64,000 nt of DNA from Schmidtea polychroa (taxonomy: Eukaryota), in contig CM097887.1 in assembly GCA_044892525.1 (NCBI GenBank), positions 97,132,397 through 97,196,396 of the forward strand, written 5' to 3'. Made by a program: the position numbers and the translations under genes. Of this stretch, positions 13,267 to 25,200 are shown in pieces (positions within the stretch are counted from its first letter, which is position 1; each line of letters starts with the position of its first letter). Below the pieces are notes generated by a model. That model was not told where the DNA came from and did no database searches. It saw only the letters and a program-made list of their open reading frames with translations.

Positions 13267-16200
13267 TATGAGGAAGTTTTATGATGAAGAAATTTTTAAA
13301 TTGAAAATTTTAAAAATTAAATTTTAGAATATTTACTGATATTTACTGAAATAAAATTTATGGAAACAAAAACTGATTTTAATGTTTTACAGGATGAACA
13401 GCCTAATATGGTGGCAGCGGTAAACACTGACGCAATCACCGAAAGATTGCTACCAAAGGTATTCTGCCAAGGTGACGACTTGGAAAAGTTCATTAAAAGA
13501 TGCGAAATTTATTTCGACGCCAAGGGAATCACGCAGAAGAAAGATCAGGAAAGATTAACATATTGCATGATTGATGAGGATCTCCTGGAAGTGTACACTG
13601 AAAAAAGCCGAAGGATTCCAGGCTAGGTTGCGATTGGCATTCGATCGCGAAAGAGATGTTTTAAAGGATCTACAAAACTTGTTGAATTACAAGCGGAAGG
13701 GTGAAGAAATAGAAACGTATTTTAAAAAGGTGGAGGACCTTGTTGATAGGTTGTTTGAAAATAAAGAATTTACCAAAGAGAAATCAACAGCAAGGATGTT
13801 AATAGTATGTGCGGAGAATAAAGAAGTGGAGAAAGAAGTGATACTGCGGAAGATAAAAAGCACAGAAGAAATAAAGGAAACACTAATTCTGATGGACAAA
13901 GTAGACAAGCAAAGAGATCAGATAAACAGTATGAAAAGTTACGCCAGAGTGGTCTATCAGGAACCACAGAGAAGAGTACAATACAAGAAGAAAGAACAGA
14001 GAGAAGAAAGTATCCGAAGAGAAATGCCAGAATGCTGGTTATGCCACAAAATAGGACACACGAAAATTGATTGTCCAATAAAAGGTAAAATAGAATGCTG
14101 GACATGTCATAGAAGCGGACATATAAGTAGAAACTGTCCAGATAAAAAAGCTCCAAGATGTTTTGGGTGTGGGAAAGAAGGTCATATAAGAAGATTGTGT
14201 CAGGAAATACGTTGTGAAAGATGTAGCAGAAATGGTCATAGATCCGAGGATTGTTATACAAAGGTGAGGTACGGGAGAGCGACGGAGAGACAAAGATTCA
14301 CGGGAAACAGATACAGTCGGATAAATGGTATCGAGGAAGAAGAAGAAAGGGAATCGTGTGTAGAGACAAATGAAGATAATTTTAGGAAGACGTACCCAAA
14401 CAACAGGGCTCCCACCAGTAGAGGAGTTGGTTGGAGCCATATTCTAACAGAAAATTTGATGGGATATCCTCAAGGGGCAGAAAAGTGGGAGAATGTTGGA
14501 AGGGTAAGCGAGAAAGTATACAGGTTCCTAAAGAGAGAAATGTTTGAAGAGGAAGTGGAAAGAATTGGAACCATTGAAACGGAGCAGGTTGTTGAAATTT
14601 TGTATAACAAAATGCAAGGAAGGCCTAGTATAACAGTAAGGATGAATGGGGAAAATTTCGACTGTTTATTAGACACGGGTGCAAGAATCAATGTAATGAG
14701 TGTGAACTGTTTTAACAAGCTACGAGGACAACAATTGACGAAAAGTGACGATAAGTTACGATGCGCAAACGAGAGTACGATCGAGACAATAGGAAAAACG
14801 AAGGTGCAAGTAACCATTGGAAATGTTTCGAAGGAAGTTATATTCATTGTGGCGGAGAAAGTGACACCAGATGTGATTGGAGGAATCGAATTACAAGAAA
14901 CATTTGGATTTAGACTGTTAAAAATTAAAGATATCGAGGATAGTGAAAAAGACAAGAACTATATTTGTAACATTGAAGCAAAATTTGGCAGAAAAATAAA
15001 GGATGAAGAACGATTGATACGAGCGTTGGAACAGTTAAAGATCAATGAAGATAGCAAATTAAAGGAAATTATAACAAACAGTGGAAACGTGTTTATGGCA
15101 GATAAATGGGATGTGGGTCGCACACATTTGGTAAAACACAAGATAGTTACAAGAGGTGAGCCGATAAACATAAAACCATATCGCCAACCACTAAATTTGG
15201 AATCAAAGATTGAAGAAGCAATACAAAATTTGTACGAAAATGGAATTATACGGAAATGTAACTCTCCATGGAATACACCGCTAATATGTGTATGGAAAAA
15301 AGAGAAAAAGGATATTAGACTATGCTTGGACTTTAGACAGCTGAACGCGGTAACAGAGAGGCAGGCATTTCCAATGCCAAACATAGACGAGATGTTGGAT
15401 TTGTTAGGAGGATCCGTCTTTTTCAGCTCAATCGATCTAGGTAATGCATATTACCAAGTGGAACTAGAAGAAGAATCACAGGAGAAAACAGCTTTCTCAA
15501 CAAAGAACGGACAATATTGTTTCAACAGAATGCTGTTTGGAATTGCTGCAGAACCAGGTACGTTCCAAGAAATGATGACAAAATTATTAGGCAAAATAAA
15601 GGGAGCAATGGTGTATTTGGACGACATCTTGATTTATTCAAGCAGTAAAGAGAAACACTATACAATACTCGGAGAAGTGTTAAAGCGATTGAGGAAGCAG
15701 GCATAAGGATTAATCCAAAAAAATGCCACATAATAAAGGAAGAAATCAGATTCTTAGGACACATAATCAGCAAGGAAGGAGTACAGACAGATCCATCTAA
15801 AATTCAGTCCATACAGAACTTTGGGAAGCCTAATTGCGTAAAGAAACTCCGAAGCCTTTTAGGTATTTGCAATTATTATAGAAGATTCATCAGTGATTAT
15901 GCAAAGAAGGCAAGGATGTTAGAACAATTATGTAGCGGACCAAGTAACAAAAAATTAGAATGGAGTGAAGGAACGAATAGCGTGTTTGAGGGATTGAAAT
16001 TTGCACTCACGACGGCGCCAATCTTATGTTTTCCGGATCTGAAAAAGGAGTTCATTTTAGATACCGACGCTAGTTTCGATACCATTGGAGCAGTACTTTC
16101 ACAAAGAGATAAAGATGGAAAGGAAAGAGTAATTGCGTATGGATCACACTCGATGACGAGCCACGAGAAAGGATATTGTATTACAAGAAAGGAACTATTG

Positions 16201-19200
16201 GCGGTATATTATTTTTGCATTCATTTTAAGCACTATCTCTACGGAAGAAGATTCACGCTCAGGACAGACCACAAGGCAATCACGTTTATGATGACAACCA
16301 AGAAGCCGATTACTTCACAATTCCAAACATGGATCAATTATTTGAGCAGTTTAGATATAAGAGTAGAATACAGAAAGGGTATTAATCACCAAAATGCAGA
16401 CATGGTGTCGAGAACTAAATGTGACACGTGTGTTCAATGTCAAATGGCCCACGAAGAAGCTAAGAAAGGAAAGATAAAAACAAGATTACTAGACTCGATC
16501 AGAGAAGAAGGAAGAAGCAACATCCAACATGGAATTGTAGAAGAAGTACGAAAGAAAACGATGATACCTGAAAATGAGTGACAAGAAGCTATAAAGGAAA
16601 TACATAGACTATTGTGTCATGCTGGCGTCGAGAAGATAGCCGATTATATGAAAGATAGATATGTTGGAAATCACCTGTGGAGTCAGATTCAGGAAATTGT
16701 TCGAAGTTGTGAGATTTGTCAAAAAACCAAGGCTTTAACAAATACAACGAAAGAACCAGTAAAAAAACAAGATTCGAAGGAAATGTTCGAAATTATATTC
16801 GTGGATATATGTGGACCGTTGACAGAAACAAAAGGACGTAAGAAGTATATATTGGGCATAATAGATCAGTATAGTAAGTATCAAGTCTTGACAGCGATAA
16901 CAAAACAAGACGAAGAAACAATAAAGAAAAAAATAATATAATAACATTGTGAAATAATAGTGAAATATATATTTGTCTTTATTTCTTTCCAGACTAGAAT
17001 ATTATTTTGATTTATATTGTTTTAATTGATAGAAATAATTTTAATGTCTCGATTGTCTTTGATCGTTTCGGAAGTCAACTCCCAGCAGTATATTAAATTT
17101 TTTGATATCACAATTATTATAACAAAGTTTAAAATATCTGTTGTCTACATTTTCTCACAATAACAGAATTTAAATTTATTTCTGTATCTGAAATTTAATC
17201 CTCTCAGTTTTCAGTACAATTTCCTAATCTTACTGGACTTAAATTTCTTTTTATCTAGATAAAATTCTTTCTTTTCTTTCTATCTTTGCGACATATTCGA
17301 AAATAATTTAGTGATTATTATCTGTGTTAATTATTCATTTTCTCCAATCCTTTAAAACGAATATTTATTATTACTTTTTTCCTTTCCTACACATCGATTT
17401 TTTAATTTTTAGTAATGATAACTTGTAGTAAAATCTTTGGTTCTTTTCACCATTGTTTTTTTACATCTTCGATTTCTTTTATCTTTACTTCAAACTATAA
17501 ATCAATCTTTTCATTTATTTCAAACGAATTTTTGACACAGCCTTTATACAACAATTTATAAATGTTTTAAAGCTTTATAGGATTTTATGTATTCTAATTT
17601 TGTCGAAATAATTTTTAATTGTTATTTTTCTTTCCTCTATTCCAGGGATGAGCTAGTGTGGCTCTTTGATGAGGTGTGTGGCACTCATTGAGATCTGATT
17701 TTATAGTAAATATTGAATATGACAATATGTTGTGGCTTTTTGTAATACAGGGAAAACCTGTATTTGACTCTCAAGGACCTCATGCGTGCCCACCCCTGCT
17801 CTATTCGTTGGATTTAGAGAATAATTTTCACACAAAGCAATTTGACCACTATGTAGTCCCTTGAATACATTTAGCGGAAATGTTTAAATTCGTTATAGTT
17901 ATATTTTAATATTAAAACTTTTTAAAATCTTCACGATATTATATTTTAAATTTATTTTCTATTAACAAACATTTGTTTTAATCTCAGACAAAATCAACTT
18001 AAAAAACAACTTACTTTCTTTCACCATTCCTACTTTGATACATTTGACATATCTGCAGAATTGACATCTGTTGCGATTCTGCTTGTCAATGACACAGTTC
18101 TGATTGTGCAGACATACATAAGTTGCGCTTGCATTTTTTTGTATTGTCCTCTATTAAGTTTTTTTATTATAGTGGGAAATTAAATAAATATTAAAAATAA
18201 AATTGATACAAAAATACTTTTATATTATTAATATTTTAATTGTTTGAATTTGGTTTTGGAAAATTATTCATTAGATGTTTCTATTAAAACAACATTCATT
18301 TCCCATTGCTCATATTTAAACTAATTCATATTTAAGCTACATCCAATGATTATAAGTCTTTATTTTACATCATCCTTAAAAGTGAATTTATTATTCCAAT
18401 CTTCCAACTATATTTAATATAAATAAAGAAAATATCAAAACACATTAAATTTTATACGAATATTATATTAGTCTGTAAGTCTTGCACAATCATTTGCATT
18501 TACAAGATTTGGCACCATTAAGCTACCTTTTGTTCAGATCAACGGATCCTTTTTATAGGGAAGAAAAAGTATTGGAAAGTTTTAAAAATGATATTATTTC
18601 TCTGTTCTAAAGTAAAAATCGTAAGAAATAGGAATTCACTATTTTAAAGATATACATAAAATTTGTGTGACACNNNNNNNNNNNNNNNNNNNNNNNNNNN
18701 NNNNNNNNNNNNNNNNNNNNNNNNNNNNNNNNNNNNNNNNNNNNNNNNNNNNNNNNNNNNNNNNNNNNNNNNNNNNNNNNNNNNNNNNNNNNNNNNNNNN
18801 NNNNNNNNNNNNNNNNNNNNNNNNNNNNNNNNNNNNNNNNNNNNNNNNNNNNNNNNNNNNNNNNNNNNNNNNNNNNNNNNNNNNNNNNNNNNNNNNNNNN
18901 NNNNNNNNNNNNNNNNNNNNNNNNNNNNNNNNNNNNAAATTAAAAATTGATTTATTAAGGGGGGAAAAGGTATGTGGCAATGTCAAATGACGAGAGAAAT
19001 AAGAATAAAACATTATAAAAATCTGTGGGGATCCCCAGAAAAAGATATTCAATAAATACAAATAATACAATAAATACCAAAAAAAACTTAAAGAAACCCA
19101 AGCGATAAATGACAAAAATAATGAGATAAGTCTTTCTTAAAATTAAATTAGCTGAATAGAGATCTTGGACAAAAGGTCACCTGCTCAATTGTTTTGACTT

Positions 19201-22200
19201 GAGAGATGTTGTAGTCTTATTTAATTATTTCGTTTTTGAACATTTTTAGGAGAAAAAATTATAAAAAAAGCCGGAACACTGGTGGCCATTGGTAAGATGG
19301 TTTAATATAATATTTGAAATAGAGTAATTCAAAGAATATTCAAGGAGAATAGAGTGAAGTTAGTTAGTGAATCAAGTCAATTAAATATGTACCAGAAAAG
19401 GCGGTTTTCCTTTGGAAATACTTACTTTATCATTTTCTATTTGAAGTGCAGATAAAAGTAAAATTTATTTTTGACAAAATTGTTAAAAAATTATTGTGAA
19501 ATTAAACAAAATGTATAATGTTGGATCTTATTGTTTTAATTTAATTTTTATTTTTAATTCAATAATATTACTTTAAAAAATCCTTTGCACCCTTCACAAG
19601 ATTTAACTCCATAATGCTGACAAGATGCAGAATCTCCACAGACTAAACACAATTGGTCGTCATTCATATCTTCGTTGTCACTGATGATCATAGTTTCAAT
19701 TTTATTTTCACTATTATTCTGGGATGATGTCGAAGATAACTGTGACAATTCCGGTGAAAACTTTGTCGTACCAATTTCATGATTTTGTGATATAATATTT
19801 TCATTTGGATTCATGGCAATTGTGTTATTCAGAATATTAAAGGCATTATAGTTTGTGAAATCCGTTTGCGCTTGTTGATATGTAACTGCATTATCGAAAA
19901 TACTGTCGGTTTTAATGAAAATCGGAACGCAATCTCGTTCAATGCTCTGACTGTCTTGGATAAGAATTTGCGTTCCAATAATTGGAATTTCATTTAAATT
20001 TTGAAAATTGACATTATTTTCAATTCCTTTGCTGAAAAAAATTTCCGAAAATAAAACAATTCTCAAAATGTAAAACTCTAGTTTAATATAAATAGATAAC
20101 AGAAAATATTTACAGTGGCGTAGCTAGAAATTTTATGCCCCCTATACTGCATACACAAGTGAAATAGGTGCGGACCACCATAGCGCCGCAGGTAAAAAAT
20201 TTCTTGGCCCCCTTTGGAAGCACAATTGAATTAGACCAGGGTTTCCCAAACTTTTCCTGCGACGGAACACTTCGTAACTCTCGAAAATTTGATGAAACAC
20301 CTTGTTTATTTTGTACAGTATGAGACCAGTGGCGTAGGCCTACCCAAGATTTTTTAAGGGGGAGGGGAGAGTGTTAATTGAAAGAAGGGCTTATAGTTAC
20401 ATAGGAGTTTTGCGCCGCAGGCAAAACATTTTTTTGGGTCCTCTTTGGAAAGATGATTTAATTAAAAAATTAGAGCTCAATATACAATATAACAGTATAA
20501 ATCGTTATAAAATGATAGTAATGTATCAGGGACAAATGTGTATAGCTGACAAGCGAAACAATTTTTTCGACCCCTATATGAATGGGCAATTTACTTAGAT
20601 AACCAAAGTTGCTTGCTTATACAGTATATTATTAGCGAGGGAGAGGCAGAGGGGATTGCATAAATAGGTAAAATGCAGGTAAATAATGTACTTAATGTAA
20701 TAAGTAAACAAAACAGTATAGCTTTATTACATAAAACCACAAATCGATCATTTGGAGGTCCCTGCTGACTGGTGCCGACCGTGCCGTTGTTTGGCATTTT
20801 TTTCTGAAGAAAATAAGGGAAATTTGGAAAAAAGGCCCCCTGTCTTGTGGGTCCCTATGCATTGCTTACTCTTGCTATATGGTAGCTACACCACTGAATA
20901 TTTATTTATCAATACAAAATGTGAAATTTTCCTTTTTTTGAAATTGTTGATTTCTTTACTTTTTTTTACTTTTCTGTTACTAATTTCTTCAACTTATATG
21001 TTTTTATTGAGAAAGTTTTAAACAATAATCAAATTAATAAAAAATTATTTATAAAGTGAAAATTTGTTTAAATTTTTAAATATGATATAATGGAGTAAAT
21101 TGAATATTACTATAAATTAGCAATTATATACGACTATCTGTATGGTTTAGTGAGGAAGAAAATACGAAATTTGTTTAAACGAATTGAAATTTTTAATAAA
21201 ATAATCAAAATCTTATTAATAATAATCCTTAACTTTCACAAAGAATATAATTAATAATTAAAATCATTCGAATATTTTTAAATATTAAATTATAAAACCC
21301 CAAATAAAACCTATAAAAATTGTTATAATAAATTTATTTACCGGTCGAATATTTTAACAAATATTTAAAAGTAATTCCTATAACTAGAAAGTAGGCAATT
21401 ATTTAGTAAGTAGTTCTCGTTTATTTATAGTCAGACATTGCATGTAAAAAGTTTTTTTTCCAAAAAAGTATCTAATCCTGCGCAAATATGAAAAGGTAAA
21501 CCCATTTTATGGATAATTATTCAATTGCGCAAATTCGTTAATACAATTTTAATTGAATAAATTCAAATTACGATTTTTTTCCCTCCAATTTTTTATTTGA
21601 TTGATTCAGTAAGAAAAAAGTTATTAAAAATTAATTATTAAATTTAAATTCCATGCAGGCAATTTTCAGCTGGACATGGAAAACTATCTAGTCCAAAAAT
21701 GATAACGAATCACTTATGACATTTAACCAGTTTTGCCCACAATTAAATAAAATTCTAGAAAGATATACATTTCTAGTGGGTTGTTGTAGATTTTTGTTTA
21801 AATATTGACAAATCAGATTTATTTATTCCTTCAAAATTTCAAGGAGATCGCATCGGTCTTGCATTTTCATGGCAGTTGATAAGTACATTTTTGTAATGCT
21901 AGCACACAGACAAGAAATACAGTTCATGATTCACGGACCTGCAACAGGATTTTACTTTAAAATTAATATCAGAAAATGGCAATTTTTTAGACATAGGTTC
22001 TATCAGGTCATCTAAATTTATACTTTGATCTTTTAATTTGTACAAATTTGATGGTTCCCTGTAAGACATAACTCTATTCTTGTATATAATTATTATTTAA
22101 CTTTATTTATACATTATGCTCGCGATCATATAGTCCTAAAATAAATATTATTTTTAATTGAAAAATTTTAATTTCTTGAAATCAAGCACAAATTCAGAAA

Positions 22201-25200
22201 AGAGCGCCTAATTCATAATAGGAGCAGTTTTTTTTGTTTTAACTGTTGTCAATTTCTATAAATTTTGGCATAAAAGGAGACTATGTGGTAGGAGGAATAT
22301 TTTAAATAAAATGTTCATGTCACCAAACGACAGAAAGCCAAATCAACAGACATTTATCAGGATATATCAAAATGGAACTTATTGAGATTAATAAGGAAAT
22401 GAAAATTAAATAATTGCTTTTTTGAAAATCATAATATATTGTAGAATAAATTTTTTAAAAACAAAATATACCAATAAAAACATCATTTTTTTAATCAACG
22501 AATTCTTGTTATAATAATTTGTTATAATCCTTTTCCTCATAAATTTTCCTTAACCCCTTGCGGTCCTACGTCGAGTCTGACTAGACATCGATTTTTTCCA
22601 CGCAGATGCTATGTCGAGTCTAACTCGACACTCCAATAATTAGTCATTGGAAGGTTCAGATTTCGTTGCATGTGCGATAAAAAATGGGAAAAAGCCAATG
22701 GATCATAAGAAATCGATAATGTTGAGTCTCGTTGGTAATTTCAGAGCACCCAGTAAAAAGTCAGGACGAACTCAGAAAGTCACATTTCATATATGCACAT
22801 CCTTTAGGAAAGAATAAAGATTGCATTGTTTGTTCCAAAAGGAACATCCCAGGTGGAAGAAGGGAGACAACGTACATATGCAACACATGTGATAGAAAGC
22901 CTGGTCTCCATTTAGGAGAGTGTTTTGAACGCTATCATACCCTTGGGCAATTCAAAAAATAATTTAAATGATTATTTATATTGTATGATTGTCAAAAAAA
23001 TAAAATTTTAATACCAAAAAATACCTTTTATTAAAAAGACCAAATTTAGTTCAAGAAATCATATATACAAAAAATTGTGGACCTGGTGGGTAACTTCTTT
23101 TTACGGATCGCAAAGGGTTAAATTTAATAAATAACATATAAACTAGTTCTCTCGACCATAAAGATAAAATGCTTCGCTCTAACCAACCTTTTACTTTTCT
23201 TCATTTTTATTTCTTTCCAAACTAACAAATAAATAAAATAGTGATCTATGTCTAAAAATAAATGAAAATAAATTAACGGTGAAAAAAAAGATTTACTGAT
23301 ACAAGGCTGGCCGTTTTTTTATGATTAAATTATTTGTTTTAATATTTTTAATATTTCTATTCTTAGTCAATTTTGGACATTTTTTTCCCAGTGCAACAAG
23401 CTAACTCACTAATTATTATTATTTTCTTCATTGATCCCTTAGTAAATTTAGTAATTGTGATAGATTCACACTTATTGAAGTTTTTTCCCATTTTTGTATA
23501 CGTCATCCGGAAACCTTCAAACTTAGTCTTTAAATAAATAAATATTTATCATTAAAAAATGTTAAAAATTTAAAAAAATAGCTAAATTCCTCAAAATAAA
23601 TTAATTATTTTAAAAGTTTTAAATTAATAAAGTAATTAAAAAAATGTTTCAAAAACTTTATTATTCTAAAATAAGCCTAGAAAAATTAATTTGCTCGAGT
23701 TATTTTTGGATACGTACTAATGAAATAAATATTCACATAATTATTCTAAAAATTTAACAATTATACAAATAGATGTGAAATTATTTTTTGTAACAAATGT
23801 ACAGATTGCCATTGGAAATAAAATGATTTACAATTCATTTCCCAAAATGAATAATCAACACGCAATTTGTGATAATATGGTCACATTTTTTGCTTTAGAA
23901 TTTTTGTTGGGAATTAAAAATGATCTAAATGTAAACTGGTGGAATTGTTGGCAACAATGGATTTATGTGTTGCAGAAAATTGAAATCAAAATAATGTTTA
24001 ATATTTAATATTCAAATAAAATTTATTTATTTACTTGTTTATTTATTTGTTTATTCTCATTATGATTATACATTAAAAATTAAAATTTCGACACTGCCTT
24101 TATCAAGTGTCATAATGAAACTAAATTGAAATTATTTATTTAGGTAAAATATAATTTTATATTTAATATCAAATTTTTTCACAGATTTCCTCTGGAACTT
24201 CTAATTCTGCAGATCAATTTTAAAAGATTTTTGGAGCATTTTTTACCACAAATAAAAAAGAGGTTCAGGTCCAGAAGTTACCGTTAAACTTACACTTAAT
24301 TATTTGTGTAAAAATATTACCTAGAATTATATTTTTATTAAATTAAATTAAATATTATTCAAAATAGTAATCAGATTTGGGGCAAAACTAATTTCAATGT
24401 CGTTTACAAAAATTTAAACACATAATTTAGATAAATTTTCTTTAATTTTGTATATAACAATATTTATACAGATGGTTTAGTGTAGGATTAAAATTTTATT
24501 TATTTATAGAAATCTTTATTACATTTATATGTGAAACTTATAAACAAGAAGTCAATAAAAATATATAGATAAAAATGATTAAAATTCATAATTATACAAC
24601 CATTATAAATTANNNNNNNNNNNNNNNNNNNNNNNNNNNNNNNNNNNNNNNNNNNNNNNNNNNNNNNNNNNNNNNNNNNNNNNNNNNNNNNNNNNNNNNN
24701 NNNNNNNNNNNNNNNNNNNNNNNNNNNNNNNNNNNNNNNNNNNNNNNNNNNNNNNNNNNNNNNNNNNNNNNNNNNNNNNNNNNNNNNNNNNNNNNNNNNN
24801 NNNNNNNNNNNNNNNNNNNNNNNNNNNNNNNNNNNNNNNNNNNNNNNNNNNNNNNNNNNNNNNNNNNNNNNNNNNNNNNNNNNNNNNNNNNNNNNNNNNN
24901 NNNNNNNNNNNNNNNNNNNNNNNNNNNNNNNNNNNNNNNNNNNNNNNNNNNNNNNGGAATGGATTTGATATCAAATTGTATTGCATATTGTTAATTGGAA
25001 TAATGTTTGAAGAGTTGTTTGAATTAACTGGTAATAACTGAGAATATGAATAATTGTTGATCAGTTCGTTTTGAGTTATTTGACTTTTTTCCAAAAGACT
25101 ATCAAAACTGGCTTTATCAATAATAACATATGACAAATTTGGGTTCATATTTTCATTGACAATTGAGCACTGATACTTTTGATCGTTCTTATCATACATA

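Larger units (their letters stand above)
13105..16945 (+). mobile_element. Decayed Ty3/gypsy LTR retrotransposon in an NR4A intron (antisense to the host gene), 3'-truncated
   Basis: PBS TGGTGGCAGCGGT (13409-13421, tRNA-Leu-like). Gag with 4 CCHC knuckles, protease LDTGA, RT ([17 protein letters not shown]), RNase H (FILDTDAS), integrase HHCC finger and first Asp (IFVDICGP), in gypsy domain order. Frameshifts near 13605 and 15692, stop at 16579. No 3' LTR seen; the 5' LTR boundary is tentative. Confidence 0.93.

Noticed and set aside
12356-13327. ORFs 12356-12790, 12363-12590 and 13136-13327 (poly-YI, poly-I)
   Set aside because: Products of (TA)n and (AAT)n microsatellites. The same applies to 32361-32618, 53568-53786, 61864-62232 and 61977-62273.
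13687-16947. Seven minus-strand ORFs over the gypsy element
   Set aside because: Antisense shadows of a purine-rich coding strand; no recognisable motifs.
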